Positions 1 to 8,321 of a stretch of 26,255 nt of DNA are shown piece by piece (positions within the stretch are counted from its first letter, which is position 1; every line of letters starts with the position of its first letter). The notes beneath the pieces were generated by a model. The model was not told the origin of the DNA, searched no databases, and saw only the letters and a program-made list of their open reading frames with translations. The stretch lies in the NCBI GenBank assembly GCA_040256005.1, contig JBDZWC010000001.1, forward strand, positions 60,305 through 86,559, read 5' to 3'. The position numbers and the translations under genes are program-made. The stretch comes from Deinococcaceae bacterium (GTDB lineage: Bacteria; Deinococcota; Deinococci; Deinococcales; Trueperaceae).

Positions 1-81
1 GGGTACCGGGCGCCGCGCCGGGGTACGCCGGGCGGTGAGGTTCGAGTGTTCCCGGATGCGAGGCAGGTATAGCCTGGTCCG

Positions 82-756
82 GTGTACGTTCCCAGCCGCT
101 TCCGTGAGGACGACCGTGACAGGCAGCTGGCGTTCATGCGCCAGCACGGCTTCGCGCTCGTGATATCCGCACCGGCGTCTGGTCCGGTGGCGACGCATCT
201 GCCCGTCACCGTGACCGTGGACGGGGGCGACGTGATGATACGAGGACACTTCGCGAAGGCGAACCGGCACTGGCGTGCCCTAGGCGCAGGCGAGACGCTG
301 GTCGTTTTCTCCGGGCCGCATGCCTACGTGTCCCCCCAGCACTACGACGCGGTCGAGAGCGTGCCGACCTGGAACTACCTGGCGGTCCACGCGTACGGGA
401 CGGGACGAACGATCCATGAGCCGGAAGAGAACCTGCGGCTGCTCCGGGAGCTGATCGGTGTGCACGAGCGGTCCTACTGGGCTCGGTGGCAGGAGCTTCC
501 CGAGCGCTACCGACAGGGGATGTTGGGCGGCATCGTCGGGTTCGAGGTGAAGGTCGCTCGCATCGAGGGGAAGGCCAAGCTCAGCCAGAACAAGAGCGAG
601 GCCGAGCAGTGGCGTATCGCCGCGTCGCTCCGGGAGTCGGCGGATCCGGTCAGCAGGGCCCTGGCTGAGGAGATGGAGCGTCGACTCGGCGAGCCGGTGG
701 CGGCAGAGGGGTCTGGCGAAGACACTGCCATCCGCGCCGGTGGGGACTCGCCCTAG
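82..756 (+). CDS. paiB: FMN-binding negative transcriptional regulator, PaiB family
   Basis: MYVPSRF start, ATHLP, GHFAKANRHW, FSGPHAYVSP..Y, VPTWNY.AVHAYG and GKAKLSQNK are PaiB-family motifs. TAGCCT lies 6 nt before the GTG, suggesting a leaderless start. Confidence 0.9.
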   Translation: MYVPSRFREDDRDRQLAFMRQHGFALVISAPASGPVATHLPVTVTVDGGDVMIRGHFAKANRHWRALGAGETLVVFSGPHAYVSPQHYDAVESVPTWNYLAVHAYGTGRTIHEPEENLRLLRELIGVHERSYWARWQELPERYRQGMLGGIVGFEVKVARIEGKAKLSQNKSEAEQWRIAASLRESADPVSRALAEEMERRLGEPVAAEGSGEDTAIRAGGDSP

Positions 757-778
757 GTCGGGCGTTGGCCTGTCGTCT

Positions 779-3700
779 TCAGCCGAAGTGGTAGCCGCGC
801 ACGTGGATGGGACCGGCGATCTCGCCGAGCCTCAACGCCTTGAGGGTGAGCTGGTGGCCGGTGTCCTCGACGACCCCGTCGACGACCAGCATCGAGGCGT
901 CGCGCAGCAGCACGCGCTGCTCGTTCCACAGATCGGGAGAGATGATCACCTGCGCCCGCACGGGACCGTCCTCGAGGACGAAGAACGCGAACCCCTTGGC
1001 CGTGCCGGGCCTCTGGCGGCCCACCACGAGGCCGGCGGTCAGTACCCGTGTCTTGCGGGGGGTCCGACGCAGACGCAGCAGCGGCACGCAGCCGAGCTCG
1101 CGGAGCTGGTCGCGCACCAGGTCGACGGCGTGGACCTCTAGGGTGCTCATGCGCGTGGTCTGGTAGTCCCACACGAACCGCTCGGGGAGCGTCATGCGGG
1201 GCAGCACGGGGGTCGCTACCGGAGCGGAGAACAGCGGCCGCCTCCCCGGCTCCGAGGAGTTCGCCAGCACGCCCGTCCGATAGAGCGCCTCCCGGCGGGG
1301 CTGCACCGCGTCGAAGGCGCCGGCGCGTACCAACGCCTCCACGACGTCCCGCTCCAGAGCGACGCGCTGATGGAGGTCCTCGACCCCGCAGAAGGGACCG
1401 TGGGCCAGCCTCTCGAGCATGATCTCCCGCGCCGCGTCCTCCGAGACGCCCGTGATCCCGGACAGGGGAGGCCGGATGGCCTTGACGGCGCCTCCCTGCG
1501 ACGGTGCGCTGTCGGCGATCCGCGCACCCGGGTGGTCGGGCTCCGGGACGCTGCCTGCTCCGGCGGCCCCTTCCGAGCCGCTGCCCAAGGAGACGCGCTC
1601 CACGCGGAAGTGGAGGCCGGAGCGGTTGACGTCGAAGGGCAGGAACGGGACGCCCCAGTCTCGCGCCTCGTGGCGCTTCGTCTGCCGCGACCACATGCCC
1701 GGCTCCTCGGTGAGGATCGCGGCCATGTACTCGGCGGGGTACTGCACCCGCAGCCAGCCGCTGGCGTAGGCATGCAGCGCGAACGCCCAGGCGTGCGACT
1801 CGGCGAACCCGAACCCCTGGTAGCCCTTCACCGCGTCGAAGACGGTCTCCGCCTCCTCGCGCGTGGCGCCCACGTGGCGCATCGCCCCCTCCACGAAGCG
1901 CCGCCTGTCGGGCTCGATGTCCTCCAGGTCAGCGAAGCCGGACACCTTCTTGCGGAACCTGTCGGCCTCGATCCAGCTCATGCCCGCGAAGTGCACGGCG
2001 ATCCTCAGCACGTCCTCCTGGAACAGCAGCACCCCGTAGCTCTTCGCGAGCACCGGCTCCAGGGAGGGATGCCAGTAGGTGACGCTCTCCAGGCCTTGCC
2101 GCCGGCGCAGGTAGGGGTGGACGGTGCCGGACTGGATGGGCCCCGGCCGGATGAGGGCGATCTGGTGTGAGAGGTCCTTGAGGTTGCGGCTGCGCATCAC
2201 GCGGCTGGTGTGCTGCTGGCTCGGGCTCTCGACCTGGAAGAGGCCGAGGGTCGCCCCCTCGGAGATCAGGTCCCATACGCGTTCATCGTCAGGGAGGTCG
2301 GCGAGGTCGAGCCACACGCCCTCGAGGCGGAAGACCTCTTCACGGGCGCGCTCCAGCGCCGACAGCATCCGCAGACCGAGCAGGTCGAGCTTGATCAGCC
2401 CCATGGCCTCGGCGTCGTCCTTGTCGAGCTGCAGCAGCTTGATGCCGCCGGAGGAGCGCTCCAGCGGCGAGTAGTGGGTGAGGGGATCGCGCGAGAGCAC
2501 GACGCCGCCGGCGTGAGGAGCGATGTGCCTGACGTGCTTGCGCTCCATGCGCTTGAGCAGCGCGATGAACGTGTCCGCCACCGGCGCGTCGCCGAGCACC
2601 TCGCGCAGCGCCACCTCCGCCTTCTCCACGGACGCCGGACGCAGCCCGCGGAAGTCGCGGCCGAGCGCCTTCGTGAGCCGGTTGCGTAGCTCGGGCGGCA
2701 GGCCCAGCGCACGACCGAGGTCCTGCACCGCCAGCGGCAGGCGGTAGGTGATCTTGTTGCAGACCATCGCCTCGGTCGTGGCGCCGAAGCGCTCCTCGAC
2801 CCAGGCGAGCACCTCATCGCGCCGGGCCGAGGAGATGTCGATGTCGACGTCTGGCATGCTCGTCTTCCCGGTGTGCAGGAAACGCTCGAAGAGCAGGTCG
2901 TGCTTGAGGGGGTCGGCCTGCGTCACCCCGAGCAGGTAGCAGACGATGCTCGCCGCCGCGGACCCTCTGCCGGCCGCGAGGATCCCGCGCTGCCGGCAGT
3001 AGTCGGTGACCTCGGCCGCGACGAGGAAGAAGTCCGCGAGCCCCAGCGCCCTGATCGTGGCCAGCTCCTTCTCCAGGCGCTGCCTGGCGGTCACGAGCGT
3101 CTCGCCCTCGTAGCGTTCGAGCAGGGCGGCGTAGCAGCGTTCGACGATGTGCTCCTCCGCGCTACGCCCGTCCGGCACCCTGGCCTTGGGTGGGACGAGG
3201 CGGTCGGGTAGCAGCTCGAAGTGACAGCGCTCGGCGACCCAGTCGGCGTTCAGCGCGCCCTCCGCGAACGGGAGGCGGGCGGCGACCTCTTCGGGGGAGG
3301 GGAGGTACTGGCAGGCGTTCTGAGGACGCCGTTCGTTGGGCTCCTGCACGCTCAGGCCGAGGCGCCCGCAGGTGACCGCGTCGTATAGCCGGTAGTCCTC
3401 GGGGTCCAGGTAGCGCACCTGCGGAGCGCTCACCACCGGCAGGGAGAGGCTCTGTGCCAGGCGTCTCAGCACACGGGCGCGGCGCTCGTCCCAGCGGTAG
3501 CGGTCGTGGAAGAGTTGCACGTAGAGGCGGTCCTGGAACGCCCCGGCGAGCTGCCTGAGCGCCTCCTCGAGCTCGCCGATCCGCCGCTGCGCCAGCAGCC
3601 TCGCCGGCAGGCCCTCGCGGCCGCCCGTCAGCAGGACGAGGTCGTGGGTGTGGGCCAGCAGGACGGGGAAGGGGACGTCGCGCTCGGCGCGCTCGTGAGC

Positions 3701-4108
3701 CTGGGAGACGAGGCGGCAGAGCGTCCCGTACCCCACGCGCGAGGCCGCTATGACCACCAGCGGGTAGACCTCGTCCTCGAGGCGCACCGGCACCGTCGCG
3801 CCGATCAGCGCCCTCACGTCGTGCTCCCGCGCGGCCTGGAACAGCTCGACGCCGCCCGTGACGTTGAGGTCGTCGGTGAGCGCTACGTAGCGGTAGCCCA
3901 GCTCGGCGGCGCGCCTCACCAGGCTCGTGGGGCTGGCCGTGCCGGCGCCGAAGCTGAAGTAGGAGTGCACGTTCAGCAGGGCTGACAGCCGGCTACCGCC
4001 GCGGGCGGGGGAGAGCCGGCCCGAGGGAGGCTCCGGCCGGCCATCGGCCGCGCCGTCGCGGGGCGGGTCCGACGCGGGAGCCGGCCTAGGAGGGGTCAGC
4101 GGGCGCAC
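779..4108 (-). CDS. dnaE2: Error-prone DNA polymerase DnaE2 (Pol III alpha family, ImuC)
   Basis: PHP domain (HSYFSF, ALTD), GRGSAA, LLFERFL, PDVDID catalytic motif, KLDLLGL, FQVES, RPGPIQ, GFAESHA and OB fold (RQRPGTAKG..F..LED). It lies in a lexA/imuY cassette. Exact start is uncertain because the first ~40 aa are low-complexity. Confidence 0.93.
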   Translation of the reverse strand: MRPLTPPRPAPASDPPRDGAADGRPEPPSGRLSPARGGSRLSALLNVHSYFSFGAGTASPTSLVRRAAELGYRYVALTDDLNVTGGVELFQAAREHDVRALIGATVPVRLEDEVYPLVVIAASRVGYGTLCRLVSQAHERAERDVPFPVLLAHTHDLVLLTGGREGLPARLLAQRRIGELEEALRQLAGAFQDRLYVQLFHDRYRWDERRARVLRRLAQSLSLPVVSAPQVRYLDPEDYRLYDAVTCGRLGLSVQEPNERRPQNACQYLPSPEEVAARLPFAEGALNADWVAERCHFELLPDRLVPPKARVPDGRSAEEHIVERCYAALLERYEGETLVTARQRLEKELATIRALGLADFFLVAAEVTDYCRQRGILAAGRGSAAASIVCYLLGVTQADPLKHDLLFERFLHTGKTSMPDVDIDISSARRDEVLAWVEERFGATTEAMVCNKITYRLPLAVQDLGRALGLPPELRNRLTKALGRDFRGLRPASVEKAEVALREVLGDAPVADTFIALLKRMERKHVRHIAPHAGGVVLSRDPLTHYSPLERSSGGIKLLQLDKDDAEAMGLIKLDLLGLRMLSALERAREEVFRLEGVWLDLADLPDDERVWDLISEGATLGLFQVESPSQQHTSRVMRSRNLKDLSHQIALIRPGPIQSGTVHPYLRRRQGLESVTYWHPSLEPVLAKSYGVLLFQEDVLRIAVHFAGMSWIEADRFRKKVSGFADLEDIEPDRRRFVEGAMRHVGATREEAETVFDAVKGYQGFGFAESHAWAFALHAYASGWLRVQYPAEYMAAILTEEPGMWSRQTKRHEARDWGVPFLPFDVNRSGLHFRVERVSLGSGSEGAAGAGSVPEPDHPGARIADSAPSQGGAVKAIRPPLSGITGVSEDAAREIMLERLAHGPFCGVEDLHQRVALERDVVEALVRAGAFDAVQPRREALYRTGVLANSSEPGRRPLFSAPVATPVLPRMTLPERFVWDYQTTRMSTLEVHAVDLVRDQLRELGCVPLLRLRRTPRKTRVLTAGLVVGRQRPGTAKGFAFFVLEDGPVRAQVIISPDLWNEQRVLLRDASMLVVDGVVEDTGHQLTLKALRLGEIAGPIHVRGYHFG

Positions 4109-4142
4109 GGGAAGACACCCTGCCCGCCGTGCTCCTGGCGGC

Positions 4143-5378
4143 TCAGGTCCAGAGCGTGGCTACCGGCGCCGCGAACAGCCGGTCGCCGAACGACAGGACC
4201 GAATCCCCGTCGTGGAGCAGCACCCCGCAGGCGAAACGCTCGCCCAGGTGTTCCCTCAGCCTGTTCAGGCCCCTGAAGTCTCCCTGTCCGATGGTCGCCG
4301 CGGCCTTGACCTCGACGGCCGCGATGGTGCCGCCTGGCGCCTCGATCACCACGTCCACCTCCGAGCCGTCGCGGTCCCTGAAGTGGGAGAACCGCAGGTC
4401 GTCGTCCCGCCAGCTCGCTTGCCTCACGAGCTCCTGGAGGACGAACGTCTCCAGCAGCGGGCCGTAGAGATGACGGTCGCGGTAGACGGCTTCCGACGTC
4501 ACGTTCAGCAGGGCGGCCGCCAGCCCGGTGTCGCCGACGTGCAGCTTGGGGGTCTTCACGAGCCGTTTCAGGCGGTTGTTGTGCCAGGCCGGCAGCTCGT
4601 AGAGCAGGAACAGCCGCTTGAGCAGCGAGACGTAGGTGGCGATCGTGGGTCGGGAGAGCTGGAACGGCGCCGCCAGCTCCGTGAAGTTCAGCATGCTCGC
4701 GGTGTGGGAGGCTGCCACCTGCAACAGGCGGGGTAGCGTCTCGGCCGACGTCACCTTGGCGATGTCCTGCACGTCGCGCTGCGCCAACGCCTGGCTGTAG
4801 TCGCGGTACCAGGCGCGGCGACGGGCTTCGGCCCCTCGGGCCAGGGCCGCGGGGTACCCGCCTGCCACGACCCGCTCCGCTAAGCGACTCCCGAGGCGCT
4901 CCGTACGCTCGCCACGGAACCGGGCGGCCAGCAGCCTGTCGAGGAACCGAGGCTCCGATCCCTCCAACTCCGCCTGCGCCAGCGGGTGGAGCGGCACGAC
5001 CTCCATCCGCCCGGCCAGGGAGTCGGATAGGCCTCGCGTGCTCAGGAGGTCGGCCGATCCGGTCAGCAGGAAGCGGCCGGCCCGGCGGTCCTCGTCGACC
5101 GTCCTCTTGAGAGCGGTGAACACCTGGGGCGCGCGCTGCACCTCGTCGATCACGGCGCGGTCCGGCAGGTCGTCCACGAACCGGATCGGGTCGGCGGCTG
5201 CCGCCGCGCGCGTCACGTCGTCGTCGAACGTGAAGTAGCCGTAGCCCCTCTGCGCCGTGAGGGAACGCGCCAGCGTCGTCTTCCCGCTCTGCCGCGGCCC
5301 CTGGAGCAGCGCGACGGGCGAGTCGGCGAGCGCCTGGAGCAGCCTGTCGCGCACGAGCCTCGGGACCGCCGGTTGCAT
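4143..5378 (-). CDS. AAA+ ATPase (AAA_14) with wHTH and C-terminal DUF4143 PD-(D/E)XK-like domain
   Basis: Walker A GPRQSGKTT, Walker B VIDEVQ, LTGSA, SLAGR, GGYP, KTPKLHVGDTGL and EVDVVIE...AVEVK. Start placed at the ATG at 5378 (MQPAVPRLVRDRL) rather than 5471. Confidence 0.88.
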   Translation of the reverse strand: MQPAVPRLVRDRLLQALADSPVALLQGPRQSGKTTLARSLTAQRGYGYFTFDDDVTRAAAAADPIRFVDDLPDRAVIDEVQRAPQVFTALKRTVDEDRRAGRFLLTGSADLLSTRGLSDSLAGRMEVVPLHPLAQAELEGSEPRFLDRLLAARFRGERTERLGSRLAERVVAGGYPAALARGAEARRRAWYRDYSQALAQRDVQDIAKVTSAETLPRLLQVAASHTASMLNFTELAAPFQLSRPTIATYVSLLKRLFLLYELPAWHNNRLKRLVKTPKLHVGDTGLAAALLNVTSEAVYRDRHLYGPLLETFVLQELVRQASWRDDDLRFSHFRDRDGSEVDVVIEAPGGTIAAVEVKAAATIGQGDFRGLNRLREHLGERFACGVLLHDGDSVLSFGDRLFAAPVATLWT

Positions 5379-5440
5379 CCTCGGCGAAGTGTAAACGGCA
5401 TGGCCGGCAGAACGCAAATGACATGGGCGGCAGAACGTAA
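5376..5440 (-). repeat. Three imperfect 19-bp direct repeats at 23-bp period, ending in the ATPase start codon
   Basis: Minus strand reads TTACGTTCTGCCGCCCATG-tcat-TTGCGTTCTGCCGGCCATG-ccgt-TTACACTTCGCCGAGGATG, with copies at 5422-5440, 5399-5417 and 5376-5394. Confidence 0.7.
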
Positions 5441-5486
5441 GCCCGGGGATCGTAGCAGCGTGTGGTTCCACTCTGCTGGCGGCCGG

Positions 5487-5765
5487 TCAATCGCTGACCC
5501 TCGCTACCCACCAGCCCTCGCCCTCCCGGTACAGCTCGACCCTCACGCCGCCCTCGAGCTCGACGAAGAAGTAGTCGCGGTGCAGCTCTTCCGCTTCCCA
5601 CCAGCGGCCGTCGTAGCACCAGCTGTCGATCACGGAGAGGACGCGACTCGGGCGCCGGCCCTGGCCTTGCCTTCGCGGGCGGGAAGCGGGCTGGTCCCAC
5701 GCCACCGCCGCGGGCGTGCCATCCCGAGCGGGCGTGACGACGGCCGGTGTCATGAGCACGCGCAC
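5487..5765 (-). CDS. Small ImuB C-terminal-like protein (DUF6504-like)
   Basis: VLSVIDSW.YDGRWW...RDYFFVELEGG.RVELYRE...WWVARVSD matches the ImuB C-terminal/DUF6504 pattern. It starts 12 nt after the imuY stop. Confidence 0.8.
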   Translation of the reverse strand: MRVLMTPAVVTPARDGTPAAVAWDQPASRPRRQGQGRRPSRVLSVIDSWCYDGRWWEAEELHRDYFFVELEGGVRVELYREGEGWWVARVSD

Positions 5766-5777
5766 GGCTTACCCGCC

Positions 5778-7322
5778 TCACGCGGCCTCGAGGCCGTACT
5801 CCTCGGTGTAGCGCTGCCGCGACCCGTTGAGAAGGGAGCTGCTGCGGCCGCTGGGCTCCGTCCTGCCCGCGCTCTCGGCATGGGATGCGGCGCCAGCCGA
5901 CACGTGAGCGTCCTCGGTGTCCGCGTGCGCGCCGGTGTCTTCCCCGCCGGTGAACAACGCGTCGAGGTAGGACGCCGCTGCGCCTGTGGCGTCCGTGGGC
6001 TGAGGGGCGGCCGGTAGGCCGGCGGATGAGAACTGCTGCGGGACATCCCCACGCGTCAGCGGCGCCACCTCGGCCGTGCCGTCGAACAGCGGGACCGCCG
6101 CCGCCGTCACGGCGGCCGGTGTCAGCGGGGCCTTCGTCACGTTGCGAGCCTGCGCCGTGCCCCCCACCCTCCGGCTCACCACCGAGGCGTTGGCGTACGC
6201 GCCGTCCTCGTCAGCGTAGCCACGCCAGCGCCAGACGAGGTCGACCGCCTGGGAGTGCGTGTCTCCCCATTCGAGACGGCGTTGGGCCGTGGGGAAGCGC
6301 TCCAAGGTCGCCTCGAGGGCGCACTGTCTACGCTCGCGCACCGGCCACAACCCCTCCTGCTCGGCGAGCCGCTCGGGCGAGGCGAGCTCCAGGGTGAGGC
6401 GTTCGATGGGTTGCCCGTAGGCGTGGCTGTCCTCCAATGCGAACAGCGCCTGCTGGCGGATGTGGCGTGCCTGTGTCAGGGGCCGCTTGCTCAACCGGCT
6501 CGCGCGCCTGGTGCCGCTGGGAAGGCTGGCCGTGAGCGTCAGGCGGCGCGTCGTGCGACCCCCCAGCTCGCGGGCCAGCTCCCCGGCTAGCCTGTCGAGC
6601 GCCGGCAGGAGGCGCTGGGGCTCGACCACGGGGTCCTCGAAGGCGAGCGAACGAGCGACGGCCGGCGCCGGCTCGAACGGCCGCAGATCGGTGTGGCGGG
6701 GACCGTGTAGGTAGGGGAGGAGAGCATCGCCCTCCGCCGCCAGGTACGAAGAGATCTGGGAGGCGGTCCAGCTGGCGAGATGGGCAGCCGAGGACAGCCC
6801 CAGCCATGTAAGGCGGGTGAGGTTGGCTTCGGACAGGCCGACCCTGCGCAGGAAGCGCAACGGCAAGCGAGCCAGGAAGCCCTTCACGTCATCGACGCGC
6901 CTCACCGTTCCGGGGCGGGAACTGACGGCGGCGAGCTCGGCCGTCTCGCGGTCATGGGCTAGGCCGACGCGGACGCCGTAACGGGCGGCCAGCTCCTCGG
7001 CCTCGACGTCGTCCAAGCGCGCCAGCGCCCTGCCGCGCGCCGCACCCTCGACCCACGGGGTGTGCTGGTTGAGCTCGCGCAGGAGCTCCTCCCAGGCGTG
7101 TTGGAGGTCCGGCTCCGTGTGGGAGACGACCTCGAGGCCCTCGACGCGCATGCGCGCGCCGTCCAGCCGCATACCCGGCGTGATGCCGTGGCGCCTGGCG
7201 GGGGCGTTGGCGTGAGTGACGCGTTCTTCCTGAGCGCTGACGAGGGGTACCCGGGCGAGCCCAGGATCGCTCCTGACGGCCAGGTAGAGGTCCAAGGGAT
7301 CGAAGCAGAGGGACGCGATCAT
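5778..7322 (-). CDS. imuY: Y-family polymerase homolog ImuY/ImuB-like, probably catalytically inactive
   Basis: IMS-like N-terminus (HANAPARRHGITPGMRLDGAR), FLARLPL..L..VGL..LTWLGL, little-finger-like region and QEGLW clamp-like motif. It lies between lexA and dnaE2. Confidence 0.85.
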   Translation of the reverse strand: MIASLCFDPLDLYLAVRSDPGLARVPLVSAQEERVTHANAPARRHGITPGMRLDGARMRVEGLEVVSHTEPDLQHAWEELLRELNQHTPWVEGAARGRALARLDDVEAEELAARYGVRVGLAHDRETAELAAVSSRPGTVRRVDDVKGFLARLPLRFLRRVGLSEANLTRLTWLGLSSAAHLASWTASQISSYLAAEGDALLPYLHGPRHTDLRPFEPAPAVARSLAFEDPVVEPQRLLPALDRLAGELARELGGRTTRRLTLTASLPSGTRRASRLSKRPLTQARHIRQQALFALEDSHAYGQPIERLTLELASPERLAEQEGLWPVRERRQCALEATLERFPTAQRRLEWGDTHSQAVDLVWRWRGYADEDGAYANASVVSRRVGGTAQARNVTKAPLTPAAVTAAAVPLFDGTAEVAPLTRGDVPQQFSSAGLPAAPQPTDATGAAASYLDALFTGGEDTGAHADTEDAHVSAGAASHAESAGRTEPSGRSSSLLNGSRQRYTEEYGLEAA

Positions 7323-7438
7323 GCGGCGGCCACCCTCACCCTCAGGAGCGGGGGTCGCCCGGCGGGCGGGCGACCGGGACGAGGCGGTATGCCTCGGGGG
7401 CGGACGACCTTCGTTTCCGTGCGTGACGGTGTTAGCAT
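7319..7438 (-). CDS. Putative 39-aa Pro/Arg-rich ORF translationally coupled to imuY
   Basis: MLTPSRTETKVVRPRGIPPRPGRPPAGRPPLLRVRVAAA*; its TGA overlaps the imuY ATG (ATGA). RBS is weak. Confidence 0.45.
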   Translation of the reverse strand: MLTPSRTETKVVRPRGIPPRPGRPPAGRPPLLRVRVAAA

Positions 7439-7569
7439 GCGAACGACCTAGTCAGGACCGCGGCAGCGGTCGGATATGGGCGGCGAAAGGACACATTCCC
7501 TTGCTTGGCGGCGGTGGATGTGTCCTTCGTTATCGGTGGGCCAGGATCGCGGGCGTGATGGGCGGTCCC

Positions 7570-8202
7570 TCAACCACCCCTTTCGAGCAACAGGTCCTGC
7601 ACGACGTCTCCGCGGAGTAGACCGCGCATGACGCCGTCCACGTGCAGCTGCGAGGCTGGGACCGTGAGGGTTGGGTACGCGGGGTTGTGAGGGCGGAGGC
7701 GGTACTGCTTGGGCCTGCTCGAGCGTGCTTTCCACTCGAGGTACTTGAGCGTGGACTCGTCGTCGCCCACCCGAACGGCGCAGACCTCACCAGAGCGCTG
7801 CGGTTCGGCGCGGTGGAGCAGCACGACGTCGCCGTCCTCGATGCGGTCCGCCATGGAGTCGCCCCTGACGCGCAGCGCGAAGTGGTCCGGGCGGCCGCGC
7901 AGGACCAGGTGGCCCTCGGGTTCCGGGTAGCTGCCGATGGGGAGGCCGGCGGCGATCTCGCCGAAGAGCGGCACTCCCGCGTTCACGCCCAGGAGCTTCA
8001 GGCGCGGGGCCCGTCCGGGGCCACGGCTCTCCATGACCAGCTTGCCCTTGGCCTCGAGCGCCTTGAGGTGCTCCCTGAGGGTGGGATAGGTGATGCCGAA
8101 GCTGCGAGCCAGAGCTGAGAGGTCCGGCGTGGTGCCCGCGCGCTCGTAAGCCGCACGCAGCGCGCCCAGGATCTGGTTCTGCTTGACCGGCCGTGGCGGC
8201 AT
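7570..8202 (-). CDS. lexA: LexA-family repressor (wHTH + S24 peptidase)
   Basis: HLKALEAKG wHTH, VPLFGEIAAGLP (Ala-Gly cleavage site), LRVRGDSM (catalytic Ser) and TLKY (catalytic Lys). GGGAG RBS. Confidence 0.92.
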   Translation of the reverse strand: MPPRPVKQNQILGALRAAYERAGTTPDLSALARSFGITYPTLREHLKALEAKGKLVMESRGPGRAPRLKLLGVNAGVPLFGEIAAGLPIGSYPEPEGHLVLRGRPDHFALRVRGDSMADRIEDGDVVLLHRAEPQRSGEVCAVRVGDDESTLKYLEWKARSSRPKQYRLRPHNPAYPTLTVPASQLHVDGVMRGLLRGDVVQDLLLERGG

Positions 8203-8218
8203 GGACCCACTCCCTTCG

Positions 8219-8241
8219 TTACCCTTAGATACTAAGGGTAA
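8219..8241. promoter_or_regulatory. Perfect palindrome TTACCCTTAG-ATA-CTAAGGGTAA, candidate LexA operator
   Basis: 10-bp perfect arms with a 3-nt spacer; AT-rich in a GC-rich context; located at the predicted +1 of the lexA promoter. Confidence 0.75.
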
Positions 8242-8246
8242 GGCAC

Positions 8247-8275
8247 AGGATATGAGCGGGTCGGGTGAGTGTCAA
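8247..8275 (-). promoter_or_regulatory. Sigma70-type promoter of the lexA cassette
   Basis: Minus strand TTGACA (8275-8270), 17-nt spacer, TATCCT (8252-8247). Confidence 0.8.
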
Positions 8276-8321
8276 GCGGCAGAAGCCCAGCTGACAAGCG
8301 GCCGCGTTGCTAGATTGGCCC

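Noticed and set aside
5376..5440. Possible mini-CRISPR or Deinococcus RDRM site
   Set aside because: Spacers are only 4 nt and there are no cas genes; only a half-site (AACGTAA) resembles RDRM and it is not palindromic.
4096..5781. 561-aa minus-strand Arg/Pro/Gly-rich ORF starting at the imuY stop
   Set aside because: Alternate-frame product of GC-rich DNA overlapping two well-supported genes.
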